Under the pieces are notes generated by a model. The model was not told the origin of the DNA and did no database searches. It was given only the letters and a program-made list of their open reading frames with translations. This document shows, in pieces, positions 39,230 to 48,940 of a stretch of DNA of 64,000 nt (the first letter of the stretch is position 1; every line of letters starts with the position of its first letter). Made by a program: the position numbers and the translations under genes. The DNA is taken from positions 124,001 through 188,000 of the IMG/VR virus record IMGVR_UViG_3300020608_000013. One strand, given 5' to 3'.

Positions 39230-39291
39230 TTTCTTTTCCTTAATGATTTAGGTTAAAGTTACTGAGCTACGCACTATGGTAACTCAACATT

Positions 39292-39299
39292 ATAATATA
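39292..39299 (-). promoter_or_regulatory. Putative early promoter core TATATTAT
   Basis: Extended similarity with the 41998 copy (aaattaatacaggcgTATATTATaatgttgag vs aaatttatacaggtgTATATTATagtgttgag). Confidence 0.75.
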
Positions 39300-39332
39300 C
39301 GCCTGTATTAATTTATATTAAAACACTTTTTC

Positions 39333-39389
39333 AAAAAAAAATAAACTAGAGTAATATAGACCAAGTTGGGCAACCCAACTTGGTCTATA
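39333..39389 (-). terminator. Hairpin (16-bp stem 39355-39389), 13-nt gap, then T9
   Basis: tatagaccaagttggg-caa-cccaacttggtctata. Confidence 0.75.
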
Positions 39390-39399
39390 CCTTCTATCA

Positions 39400-39788
39400 A
39401 CCTGCGTAAATTCTAATTGTGTCGAATTCGACATAATTAAAACATCGTCATACATACTTTTTAAACAAATCGACGTTCTTAAAGTTAATTAATTCAACTA
39501 TCTTTCGTCAGGAGACGTATTTACTGAATAGCTGTTTTGTTTAACAGTTCAAGACGTTCTTGCTGTGGCGTACATTAAGCGTTTCTAGATTAGCAAAACA
39601 AGCCAGTTGCGAAACGTCTGCATACCACCGTAACGACCTACTCTACTTTGTATACCTATAGCGTTGGTAGCCTGAACCCATTCTTTAACGCTAATTATAT
39701 AGCTATTCAAACCTACAACACTTCTAATTCTATCGAATTCGATAGAATTAGAATTAGGGTTATAAATGCGTTCCCAAACGCCTTCTAC
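39400..39788 (-). pseudogene. Decayed KilA-N domain gene remnants (four fragments, frameshifted)
   Basis: 39624-39788 VEGVWERIYNPNSNSIEFDRIRSVVGLNSYIISVKEWVQATNAIGIQSRVGRYGG; 39574-39624 YADVSQLACFANLETLN; 39509-39565 QQERLELLNKTAIQ*IRLL; 39400-39441 FNYVEFDTIRIYAG. Confidence 0.75.
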
Positions 39789-40924
39789 ATTTTTTGACTT
39801 CTAATAGCGCCGTCTAGTGATTTAGCGATATTTAAGAACGGTTTTACTTCTGGATAGAGTGTTTCATACAAATCCCAGTCGTTGCTACCGCCTCCACCAT
39901 AGTGACTAGCCATTGCTTGCGTGACCGTATTAAAAGTGTCTGTAAGTAGAAGCGTTTTAAGCATGTCGTGTTCTTGCTTACGGTGGTTCTTCATCACAAT
40001 ATCAACAACCGCCGTTTTTACGCGAGACATACTGAAAAACTCACTATATTCCCCGACTACAATTAACAGACTTGTGAGACGAATCGCCTCTAAAGAAGGT
40101 ATTAACTGACTTAATTGACTTTTACATACGTAGCAGTCAGGTGTTCTACTTTTAATAACACTTTCATAATACTGTACTGTACGGAAAAACTCGTCGATAA
40201 TTTTCCCCTCTTTTTCACAAACGTTACTTTCGTTGAATGTGTAATCTTTATTCTTAATTAAGGTGTAGAGCTTCCCAACTTCCGTATCGGTTAGACCAAG
40301 CGCTTTCGCATGTTCAGCATACGCTTCACCTCCCCAGTAACTAAGGAGATAGCTTGCCGCATCGTCGCCCAATGCCTTTTTTGCGTAATACTCTACAGTA
40401 CTGATAACACGATTATATTTAGGTAAGTCAAGTAGATTAATAGGCTCTCCCGAAAGACAGTCGGTCATTTCTTTAAGTGTTGACGTTTCGCCACCTAGCT
40501 TCTTTTTGAGGTAGTTTTCGTATCCATTGGAAATTTCAGTGCGAACTGCCGCTAACGCACGATCTACGGCTTCACTAACCTCCTGTCTTACACGACGCTT
40601 CGTCTCTTCTTCAACCTCCGAAGACGCTTCTTTGCCAGACACCTTACTTGCCCGTTCTTTAAACGTCGTTGTCTCTGCCTCCAACGCTTCTTGAAGTTTA
40701 GTAGTGCTAAAGTGACTTCCATGTGTGTCCATTGCTAGCTCCTCTTTTAAATCATTCACGAACATCATTGCACGGAGAAAGTGTATTGATTTATTTTCAA
40801 ATTCGCCACAATAGGTTATGAAATCACGTTGAGTTGGTGTCAAAACCTCTTCATTCTTACCTATCCCGTAAACATGTTTGTGGAAAAATTTATCAATAGG
40901 TGTCGTTAAAGGCGCTTTTTCCAA
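39785..40924 (-). CDS. Hypothetical protein, paralog family A with N-terminal coiled-coil extension
   Basis: C-terminal ~210 aa align by eye with 38429-39229. Confidence 0.8.
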   Translation of the reverse strand: MEKAPLTTPIDKFFHKHVYGIGKNEEVLTPTQRDFITYCGEFENKSIHFLRAMMFVNDLKEELAMDTHGSHFSTTKLQEALEAETTTFKERASKVSGKEASSEVEEETKRRVRQEVSEAVDRALAAVRTEISNGYENYLKKKLGGETSTLKEMTDCLSGEPINLLDLPKYNRVISTVEYYAKKALGDDAASYLLSYWGGEAYAEHAKALGLTDTEVGKLYTLIKNKDYTFNESNVCEKEGKIIDEFFRTVQYYESVIKSRTPDCYVCKSQLSQLIPSLEAIRLTSLLIVVGEYSEFFSMSRVKTAVVDIVMKNHRKQEHDMLKTLLLTDTFNTVTQAMASHYGGGGSNDWDLYETLYPEVKPFLNIAKSLDGAIRSQKM

Positions 40925-41919
40925 CTAGGGACGAACAACCATTTGTCGACTAGACCCTCAGTACCCTTTAAGTCTGAAATTAAAGCTTTGACACCTACAT
41001 CACCTAATAACTCCCCTGTGTCTTTGATTCTCTTGCGATTGAGTAAATCTACCACATTTTTACCATAGTCTTGATAGACTGCGCTCATCAACCCAACATC
41101 AATGGTGTCGTAGTTATAGTGACGCATTAAAGCAACAACAGTGAAGTGGTCACGACCTAAAAAATCTGCTGGACGTGTAGTGTCGGGCTTTTCGTTTGTG
41201 GATTCATCTTGGTTGGGTTTACAATGGTGTTTAGCGACATATTTAGTAACATACTTGTTTATTAAACTTGTCTGTGAAGCGCTCAAGGTACATCCTCCGT
41301 AATTTTCCCACATACGAGGGTCGAGATACCGATCATCCTGTAAGATAAAATTTAAAACGAAACTAATGTCTAAACATTTTTCGTGTTTTGAAGTCAATTC
41401 TTCTAACACTTCCTCTTCTCCAAGGTAAGCCATGAAACGCTTGTCGTTACCAAGCCCGTTATCATTAGCTACTCGCCAAACACCATAAGCGTAAACTTTA
41501 ATAGAGTCTAGACTATCACTTAGATCAACCCCAACCCTAGTGACATAATAGCTCACTAAGACATCGTAAAGTTTTTTACTAAAACCCATTTTATAAAACT
41601 CGCGCTTATCCAGACTATTACGCAATAATCTTAGAAAATTGAGTAATTTACTATGTTCCCATGCATAAGTGATCGATTCACTTTCTGCTATAATCGCATT
41701 AAGAAGTACATTTACTTCAACATCATGACCAATAGTCTCATATATGTATATAAAATGGTCGTGAACATCCCGCCCATAGACTTTTCTAATGGCGTTTAGT
41801 AAATCAACACTATTTTCCTTTGTGAAATGCGCCCCTACATGATTTAACGCTATGGTGGTAGTTTTCAGTAGCGGTAACTCGATTGTAACGTCGATAGTAT
41901 CGTGGTTCTGATTAATCAT
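40906..41919 (-). CDS. Hypothetical protein, paralog family B
   Basis: Shares VYG..V..H...Y and D.R..DPR.W..Y motifs with the C-terminal part of 42967-45552. Confidence 0.8.
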   Translation of the reverse strand: MINQNHDTIDVTIELPLLKTTTIALNHVGAHFTKENSVDLLNAIRKVYGRDVHDHFIYIYETIGHDVEVNVLLNAIIAESESITYAWEHSKLLNFLRLLRNSLDKREFYKMGFSKKLYDVLVSYYVTRVGVDLSDSLDSIKVYAYGVWRVANDNGLGNDKRFMAYLGEEEVLEELTSKHEKCLDISFVLNFILQDDRYLDPRMWENYGGCTLSASQTSLINKYVTKYVAKHHCKPNQDESTNEKPDTTRPADFLGRDHFTVVALMRHYNYDTIDVGLMSAVYQDYGKNVVDLLNRKRIKDTGELLGDVGVKALISDLKGTEGLVDKWLFVPSWKKRL

Positions 41920-41997
41920 AATATTTCTCTCATGTATTTGTAGGTATTCAGGTAACTACTGTTGTGGATTATTGAGCTAACGGTTTAGCTCAACACT

Positions 41998-42005
41998 ATA
42001 ATATA
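41998..42005 (-). promoter_or_regulatory. Putative early promoter core TATATTAT
   Basis: Followed by the hairpin ttgagctaa-accg-ttagctcaa. Confidence 0.75.
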
Positions 42006-42040
42006 CACCTGTATAAATTTACTTTACTAGGTTAGTTTAT

Positions 42041-42090
42041 AAAAAAAATACAGACACGTTGTACCCTAGAGAACACTCTCTAGGGTACAA
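42041..42090 (-). terminator. Hairpin (14-bp stem 42059-42090), 10-nt gap, then T8
   Basis: ttgtaccctagaga-acac-tctctagggtacaa. Confidence 0.75.
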
Positions 42091-42095
42091 TATAG

Positions 42096-42902
42096 TTAGT
42101 CAGTTTTAAAAATTGTAAGTATCTCTGGATACGTGGGTAGTCGATTCCTAACGATCAGTTTCTTTAACTTATCTGGTTCATCGATTAAACAATCGTTAAT
42201 GTACGAAAGCACATACGGTAGGTTTTCGGAACGTAAGATGGTTTTCACTGACTCATTATCAGTTTTACAATACTCTAAAACAATATCGTTTATTTCACGA
42301 TAGGTATTTAGTGGGAAACATTTTGCTTTATAATGGTAGGCTAGGTATGCTAAATTATTCAAAAACCAAACTTTGTGTGTTCTCGACTTTATATCATGCC
42401 GAGCGGCGCGAACTAGTTCGTGGACTTCTCTTTGAGACATTGTAGCTTTTAAAGAGAATGTAGGTATCTCGCTAACATTTTTGAGATATTGGGTTAATAA
42501 AGTATCAATACCTAGATTAATAGGTCGATTACCGAACCCAACTTTCTCGAAAGCGCGTGACATTACTGCACCAATCCCTTGTTGTGAAAAACCCGTCATT
42601 ATGTCTACACACAAGTGTGGATCGAACCCTCTTGACGCTAATAGGAAGATGAATTCGTTTGTATGAATGATGGCTTTGTAAGCCATATCGTCGAGTACTA
42701 AATCATTCATCGTGAACGGGAGATTCAGAGTGCGTATAGTTTCTATGTCTTTTGACATTACATAGTCGACTAATGTAGTGATCTCACCGTCTGACCAATT
42801 TGCTAAACGCTCGTTATTGTTATAACACTCATAATACATCCCTGTTAAAGAAGTTTGATTTGAAATGTAATGTAAATTTATTTTAAGGACCATAGTAAAC
42901 AC
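42096..42902 (-). CDS. Hypothetical protein
   Basis: 268-aa ORF. Confidence 0.75.
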   Translation of the reverse strand: MFTMVLKINLHYISNQTSLTGMYYECYNNNERLANWSDGEITTLVDYVMSKDIETIRTLNLPFTMNDLVLDDMAYKAIIHTNEFIFLLASRGFDPHLCVDIMTGFSQQGIGAVMSRAFEKVGFGNRPINLGIDTLLTQYLKNVSEIPTFSLKATMSQREVHELVRAARHDIKSRTHKVWFLNNLAYLAYHYKAKCFPLNTYREINDIVLEYCKTDNESVKTILRSENLPYVLSYINDCLIDEPDKLKKLIVRNRLPTYPEILTIFKTD

Positions 42903-42911
42903 TCGTGTTTA

Positions 42912-42953
42912 ATTAGAGGGTCTAGTGTGCTATAGCACACTAGACCCTCTAAT
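42912..42953. terminator. 42-bp perfect palindrome between co-oriented genes (no T-tract)
   Basis: attagagggtctagtgtgcta/tagcacactagaccctctaat. Confidence 0.5.
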
Positions 42954-42966
42954 AAGTTAATTAAGA

Positions 42967-45552
42967 TTAATAAATAAACTTTTTACGTAGGTTGTTCAAT
43001 TCCTCCAATTTCTCTGTGTAGTCTGTGATTTCATCAAAAGGTTTTTTACTAACCATATCTCGTTCGTCGACTTTAGCCAAAGTTCTTGCTATCGTTTTAG
43101 CATAATCTTTATAATGACCACTTGAGAATATTTCAAAAACCACTGGGTTTCGTCTACAGTTTTTAAACGCTACGCTTTTCAAAAACTGTAGGTTTTCTAA
43201 CACATTATAGTACTCTCTATGTTCGTACAAATGGAGTAAAGTGTTCGCTACTTTCACTCGATTCTCTGACTCAGGGATTCGGTTTAATAGCTGGTAGAGT
43301 TTACTATCTGTATCTAAACCTAATAGGTGTTTCAGATAGTAATTCTTGTCATGCACGCGCTCATAATCGGCGACAAGGTAACGAACCGCTTGCATTTGTT
43401 CTTCGGGTAATGAAGTCGTGTGGTAGGTTTTCCACACGCGTGGGTCAGCGAAACGATTGTCATTGAGAACATTCTCGATTAGACGTTGTACAACTTTTCC
43501 TCTCTCGTCACGAGGGATGAACTTACCTACTAGCCCTTCCCGTACTAGATATTTAAAAACAAAAGTGTTCCCGCCAAGATTGTATTGATCAACCACGCGC
43601 ATAGTAGATGATAAACATACTCTTATGTAGTCGTAATCATCTATTGTTGCAAGCCCCATTTCTAGCGCATGACGCTCGATAAGTGATTTTGGGATATGGT
43701 AGTCTGCCCCAATCGTGCCTAAATGTTTTAAGCACTTGTATGCTTCAACATACTCCCATACCTCAGTCAAGGGGAGGCTCTTTTCAACATGTCGATTAAG
43801 TACGTTGTCTACATGGGAGGCATCGCTAGAGCCTTTATACAGATTCAAGAGATGTTCGTAAACCCCAGCACCATAAGCAACTTTAGCGGCACGCATTATG
43901 ATTTCGCGCACATCTACTGCAAAACGTTCTTTAGCATACTTCAACGTTTTAAAAAGGCCGCTTAACAACACCACATCTACTTTTTTATTAGCATCTTCAA
44001 ACTCATCTACTGAGAGACTGTGGATAAAACTAACAACAAACTTGTTGACGCTGACGAAATTGATAGTATTCGTATCTAGTGACAGGTAATATAAATTACC
44101 CATTAATGCTACATCTGTTAAGACTCCCTTAAAGAAGTCTACAGTTATACTCAATGCGTTCAATTCGTGCGTAGTGACTGGCGAGTCTAACTTAAGCGCT
44201 CGTGTAACTAAAGTGTTAAGGTCACATTTTTTAACAAATGTTATGATGTTCTTTCTATTTAATTCACCATAGCTTTGAAGTATTATCAAAACACAAGTAA
44301 TTAGATTCTTAACACCGCTTAGGGTCGTAGGGTCAAGACTAAACGCATGTTTACTATGTTTCCAATCGACGAACACCTCTAACGACGTTTGGGTAATCCC
44401 CAACTCTTTATAAGCCTCCTCATCTAGTAATTGAGTTAGTAACTTATTAAACATATAGGCGCTATGGAAATCTGCTTGTGAGTGATTAGGTTCAACCACC
44501 CGCTCAAAATCCATTCCATGAGAACCTACTTTACGCGCCTCTTCCCCGAACACTTTACCTAATGCGGTAGCGACAGCTTGGGGAGCCGCGCCTTCGCGAT
44601 CATACCCGAGGTAAGTTAGCACACTACTAACGTTCTTATCGAAGGATAATGTTGATGTTTTAGAACTTGGTATAGTAACTGTACTCGTTTTTGAGTCAAC
44701 GACACTATCAATGCAAGCGTTGATATATTTGTCAACTAAATCGACATCAACCGTGTGTTTATACAAGGCGGCTAACCAACGGCTATCTTCGCCAGTCTCG
44801 CCACCTATATTCGAGAACATTAGTTGTCTCGTACCGTTATTAACTTTAAAGCCCATAGTGTGGTAAATGGTGAAGTATGGGTTTAGATAAGATGGGTACC
44901 AAGGTTGGTCTAACTTTGTAAACAACCCTGTTAGCACACCGCCAACTACGGCTACAACAATACTTCTTGTGAAGTCTATGGGGAACACGCATTCTTGATC
45001 GACACGCACTTCTTCTAAGCTTTTTGTTATGTCACTATAACAATTGATCTTCTTCGATAGTAGGTAACGTCTACAGTCTTTTGCGACCGTAGTTGTGAAA
45101 TGTTGTTCAACTAGGGCAATTATACAGTCTAATGAACCCTCATCTATCTCTACTCTAAAGAAACTTAAAACGCCAACTATTTGTTTGATAGTTTGACATT
45201 TGTTCCCATTACCTGACACATCACTGATTTTGCAATCAATGGTTCTTTTCCCCCACACGTTAGTAATGCCTTCGTACACATTCTCAGGAGACTCTTTTTC
45301 CAGTACGGTTTCAAACATCTTCGCTAGATTTTCATCATAACATGATGGGTCTTTACTAACAACCCATCCGCCCAATATGTCGGTTAAGACAGTCCCACTT
45401 CCTTTAATGAAGTTTTCAATATGTTTTTGAGAAGTCTTGTCTTCCTCTTTTAAGTTGGTAAGTAGTTTCTTAAAAACGGTAATGTCATCAACACCTTTTT
45501 CACGCATGATTGTGGAGGCGGTGTTTAATATTGTAAGCGTTCGAGTTTGCAT
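42967..45552 (-). CDS. Large hypothetical helical protein containing a family-B domain
   Basis: 861 aa, AAGGA SD; C-terminal third similar to 40906-41919. Confidence 0.85.
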   Translation of the reverse strand: MQTRTLTILNTASTIMREKGVDDITVFKKLLTNLKEEDKTSQKHIENFIKGSGTVLTDILGGWVVSKDPSCYDENLAKMFETVLEKESPENVYEGITNVWGKRTIDCKISDVSGNGNKCQTIKQIVGVLSFFRVEIDEGSLDCIIALVEQHFTTTVAKDCRRYLLSKKINCYSDITKSLEEVRVDQECVFPIDFTRSIVVAVVGGVLTGLFTKLDQPWYPSYLNPYFTIYHTMGFKVNNGTRQLMFSNIGGETGEDSRWLAALYKHTVDVDLVDKYINACIDSVVDSKTSTVTIPSSKTSTLSFDKNVSSVLTYLGYDREGAAPQAVATALGKVFGEEARKVGSHGMDFERVVEPNHSQADFHSAYMFNKLLTQLLDEEAYKELGITQTSLEVFVDWKHSKHAFSLDPTTLSGVKNLITCVLIILQSYGELNRKNIITFVKKCDLNTLVTRALKLDSPVTTHELNALSITVDFFKGVLTDVALMGNLYYLSLDTNTINFVSVNKFVVSFIHSLSVDEFEDANKKVDVVLLSGLFKTLKYAKERFAVDVREIIMRAAKVAYGAGVYEHLLNLYKGSSDASHVDNVLNRHVEKSLPLTEVWEYVEAYKCLKHLGTIGADYHIPKSLIERHALEMGLATIDDYDYIRVCLSSTMRVVDQYNLGGNTFVFKYLVREGLVGKFIPRDERGKVVQRLIENVLNDNRFADPRVWKTYHTTSLPEEQMQAVRYLVADYERVHDKNYYLKHLLGLDTDSKLYQLLNRIPESENRVKVANTLLHLYEHREYYNVLENLQFLKSVAFKNCRRNPVVFEIFSSGHYKDYAKTIARTLAKVDERDMVSKKPFDEITDYTEKLEELNNLRKKFIY

Positions 45553-45638
45553 AATATGTTCCTTTTGTTAATGGAGTAAGTGAGAGTAGTTTACTCCCAC
45601 TTTATTGACATTGTTGATATTTAACTACGGTAACTACC

Positions 45639-46544
45639 CTATGCTTTCGGGTAGTATGCTTTAATATCTTCCATGAGTGCATTATACCGCACCATTTCCG
45701 CAGGTGTGGCAATACTTTTAAGGCGCTCTTCCATCATATTTAGGTTTTCGTGTAGGTGGGGTTTCAATACAATACCATGATCTTTTAACTCATGGTGCAT
45801 GTTATTAAAGTATAGTGGGTGACGCTTCTTAACTAATAGGTAGCATATATGACTAAAGAGGTCATGGTTATCGTTAAGACCCAGCGTACGCGTTTGACAC
45901 GGATATTCTCTATTACAGAACGTCTTGTCGAGTGCGATTGCTCCAGGCGTGTGAAGAGGAAGTTTGTGGTAATTAGAGGAAACCACGAACCATTTTACCG
46001 CACTATCTCCATCCATTCCCCAAGTGTTAAAAACAGTGTTAAACACGCCCATTGTTTCGGGCGAAAAATGCTCTTCGAGTAGGGTAGTGAGGTAGTCGTT
46101 CTCTAGGGTTAAGTTATGATAATGGTTTAGAATGTAAAATATTTCAAAAAAACCTCTACGCTCATAACTGCCCACGTCCTCTATAAAACCAAGAATATGA
46201 CCTTTAATACCCTTAAGTAATTCTGCCTCAGTCATGCCTGTATACTTCATCCAAAACAGGTTCCACGCCCTCAATTTAGGCGCGACTCTGTAATCCTCTA
46301 GACAAACCCCATCGTTTCGTAGCGAGTAGATGCAAGTGTCAAGCGCACCTTCAACATCTTCAAATGTCAAGAGTTGTTTGACAAAATTATTAATCGTTGG
46401 TTCGTGTCTATCTAATGGTCCTGTGGTGTAAATGTCTTTCCGTACTCTATCCAGGTATTTCTCAACCTGTACCAGTACAAATAACATTTCATGTTTATTG
46501 TTAATCTTACTAAGTTTGGTTAGTAATTCAGCGAAGTCGTCCAT
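45639..46544 (-). CDS. Hypothetical protein, paralog family C
   Basis: ERRGFFEIFYILNHY...TPGAIALDK matches 46620 (ERRSVVELSIVLTHY...TPLGLYLDK) and 47660 (QQRFVELMYILNIY...TPLEIE). Confidence 0.8.
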   Translation of the reverse strand: MDDFAELLTKLSKINNKHEMLFVLVQVEKYLDRVRKDIYTTGPLDRHEPTINNFVKQLLTFEDVEGALDTCIYSLRNDGVCLEDYRVAPKLRAWNLFWMKYTGMTEAELLKGIKGHILGFIEDVGSYERRGFFEIFYILNHYHNLTLENDYLTTLLEEHFSPETMGVFNTVFNTWGMDGDSAVKWFVVSSNYHKLPLHTPGAIALDKTFCNREYPCQTRTLGLNDNHDLFSHICYLLVKKRHPLYFNNMHHELKDHGIVLKPHLHENLNMMEERLKSIATPAEMVRYNALMEDIKAYYPKA

Positions 46545-46598
46545 AGTTTTATTCCTATATTTAAGGTTATGGTTGTTAAATATTTAACAACCATAATT

Positions 46599-46606
46599 AT
46601 AATATA
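46599..46606 (-). promoter_or_regulatory. Putative early promoter core TATATTAT
   Basis: Immediately followed by the palindrome ttatggttgttaaatatttaacaaccataa. Confidence 0.7.
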
Positions 46607-46619
46607 TGGTTAAATTAAT

Positions 46620-47573
46620 TTAAACATATCCACCTTGTTTAAAAACTTCGATTATTGATAACGTTTTTTGAGAGAGTTTAGTTTTTGTGTAGTTTAGATT
46701 CCGTTTCTGGTAAAGATTGATTGAATTAAATAAACGTTTTACAATTTCTTTTTCATGAGGTGTTGTACCCGACATTACTTTAGTAACGATATTGGTAGTT
46801 GGTTTATAAGGTACTGGTAGAGGTTTATCCATGTAAGGTTTAAAGACATCATTTTGTTTTAAATAGTCTTCAAAATATGTTTCTAAAATAGTCCTAATAA
46901 AATATCTGAACTTATAATGTTGGTCAACCACACTTTTCTCGTCATAAGGGTTGTCTTCACTTAAACCTTTGTCTAAGTATAATCCTAATGGTGTAATAAT
47001 ATTAAAAGACCCATTTTCATGAACCACCGCCCTTTTAAAATCACTATTACCATAAAGATTATAGAATTGCGTGAGCCTTAGTAACGCACATGGTGACAAA
47101 TGTCGTTCACAGACTTTTAAATGTTCTTGAAATGGCGTAGGGTTGCTTTTATAGTGGGTTAAGACAATAGATAGCTCTACAACACTTCGTCGCTCGAACA
47201 AATCGAACTGAGGTAACATATTTGCTATACTATCAACTACAATATTATCCTGTAAAATATATTCAGTTGTATAACTAGACCACCCTTGTCGGAGTATCGC
47301 ATGTGTTTGGAAAGCCAGTCCATCCTTAACAGGAGCTTTAAACAGTTCTTTAAAAAGTATTTCATCTAATTCGTCATAAAGGTTGTTATTGTTTTTACTA
47401 ATTAATTCTATTAATAAACGAAAAATATTAGGAGGTAGATAACTAAGCGGAGAATGTTTAATGTAGTTAATATCTTCACACTTCTTTAAATACGGTAATG
47501 CGATACATATATCCTCCACACAACCCTCTACCACCACTTTTTCGCAAAAATCTTTAATTAGTGCGTCGCTCAT
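46620..47573 (-). CDS. Hypothetical protein, paralog family C
   Basis: 317 aa; shared motifs as above. Confidence 0.8.
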   Translation of the reverse strand: MSDALIKDFCEKVVVEGCVEDICIALPYLKKCEDINYIKHSPLSYLPPNIFRLLIELISKNNNNLYDELDEILFKELFKAPVKDGLAFQTHAILRQGWSSYTTEYILQDNIVVDSIANMLPQFDLFERRSVVELSIVLTHYKSNPTPFQEHLKVCERHLSPCALLRLTQFYNLYGNSDFKRAVVHENGSFNIITPLGLYLDKGLSEDNPYDEKSVVDQHYKFRYFIRTILETYFEDYLKQNDVFKPYMDKPLPVPYKPTTNIVTKVMSGTTPHEKEIVKRLFNSINLYQKRNLNYTKTKLSQKTLSIIEVFKQGGYV

Positions 47574-47592
47574 TTCTTAAATCCTTTAATAG

Positions 47593-47645
47593 AAAAAAAA
47601 ATAGTATTTATAATATACGCTACTAACTTAGTTAGTAGCGTATAT
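47593..47645 (-). terminator. Hairpin (15-bp stem 47613-47645), 11-nt gap, then T9; the stem overlaps a TATATTAT motif
   Basis: atatacgctactaac-tta-gttagtagcgtatat. Confidence 0.7.
47610..47617 (-). promoter_or_regulatory. Putative early promoter core TATATTAT, partly within a terminator stem
   Basis: Motif match 37 nt upstream of the 47573 start. Confidence 0.5.
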
Positions 47646-47659
47646 TTCCTTCATTTCAT

Positions 47660-48922
47660 TTATGTGTAAGGGTATTCTTTCACAAACCGCGAACCTTCCG
47701 TTTCAATATACTCAATTAGAAAGTCAAGTGTGACACCCTCTTCTTTAGTTGGGTCGACTAACTTTAAGGGGATATTAAACAAGGTCTTGTATCCGTGCTT
47801 CTCTACTAACCCTGCAAAGGTAGTGTAGTCGTCTTCAGATAGTGTAGTTTTAAGGTTGTCTAACACCCACGCCTCTTTTTGATCAATACCCTTACGGTTT
47901 TGACGATGAGTGTGTAATAACTGACCTACTACTGTTTTCAAGACCACATTATTTTCCAGATCATTAACCACTTGACTGATTTCTTCAGGTAAAGCGAGGT
48001 TTTCTGTCACGAACCCAGTATAATGGTCAACTAATTTAATTAAAAGCTTTTCTACGAAAGTTTGCTGACTAGGTGTAATATCCGCATAATCCACACCCTG
48101 TGTAGCCACACCATCTACAATACCTTTATCCACCGCCTCAATACAGCCTGGGGGTAGTTCATACCCCTTACAGAAGTCTGGGTAGTTTCTCGATAGTGCT
48201 GTACCGATACTCGCTAGTAAAGCAGTTTGTCTACTAACATAAACGTATTGAGGGAAAACTATTCCTTTATTAAAAAGTAGTTCATCTAGTTTATGGGCTA
48301 ACGTAGTCTCGATTTCCAATGGTGTGAGGTCTGTATCAAAAGTGTGTTGTATTGACTTCACACCACTAGTATTAAAACATGCGTTCATTGCGCGTGTCAG
48401 CTCATCCGACCCTTCCTCTTTAACAATCACCATGATCTCTTGCGCTGTAACCTCAACATCGCGGTAGATGTTAAGAATGTACATCAATTCAACAAAACGT
48501 TGCTGAACTCTTGGTTGTAGCTTACACAACAATGAAGCAGCTTGACCTCTACGTAAAGGCCGATCATAAACTTCTTCAGTCGATGGTAATGTGCCATATT
48601 CTTGACTATTTTTAATATATCTACCATCGATAATGATGTCCTTATGGAGGAAAGGTTTCCAGTGTGATGGTACATCTAACGGGGGGCGCGGGCAATGTTC
48701 TTTAACATAGTCTTCGTCAAGGGTGGGTAGTAATTCTACCATATAGTTTCGTAACGGAATGTCGTATGCGTTTAAAGGGTTGTTATATAGTACTAATGTA
48801 CTTAACAACGCTTCTTTATGTTTTAGCATGAGGGGTAGTACATCTTCAAGAGAGTGTTCACGAAATGTTCGTTCATCAGGATCAACATATGTCGTTTCCA
48901 TGAATTCTTTAATAGATAACAT
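47660..48922 (-). CDS. Hypothetical protein, paralog family C
   Basis: 420 aa; central region shares family-C motifs. Confidence 0.8.
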   Translation of the reverse strand: MLSIKEFMETTYVDPDERTFREHSLEDVLPLMLKHKEALLSTLVLYNNPLNAYDIPLRNYMVELLPTLDEDYVKEHCPRPPLDVPSHWKPFLHKDIIIDGRYIKNSQEYGTLPSTEEVYDRPLRRGQAASLLCKLQPRVQQRFVELMYILNIYRDVEVTAQEIMVIVKEEGSDELTRAMNACFNTSGVKSIQHTFDTDLTPLEIETTLAHKLDELLFNKGIVFPQYVYVSRQTALLASIGTALSRNYPDFCKGYELPPGCIEAVDKGIVDGVATQGVDYADITPSQQTFVEKLLIKLVDHYTGFVTENLALPEEISQVVNDLENNVVLKTVVGQLLHTHRQNRKGIDQKEAWVLDNLKTTLSEDDYTTFAGLVEKHGYKTLFNIPLKLVDPTKEEGVTLDFLIEYIETEGSRFVKEYPYT

Positions 48923-48940
48923 TTTATATAGGTCCTACGG

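Noticed and set aside
39720-39755. Palindrome aattctatcgaattcgatagaatt as a replication origin or independent operator
   Set aside because: Explained as the coding sequence for NSIEFDRI of the KilA-N remnant; covered in that finding
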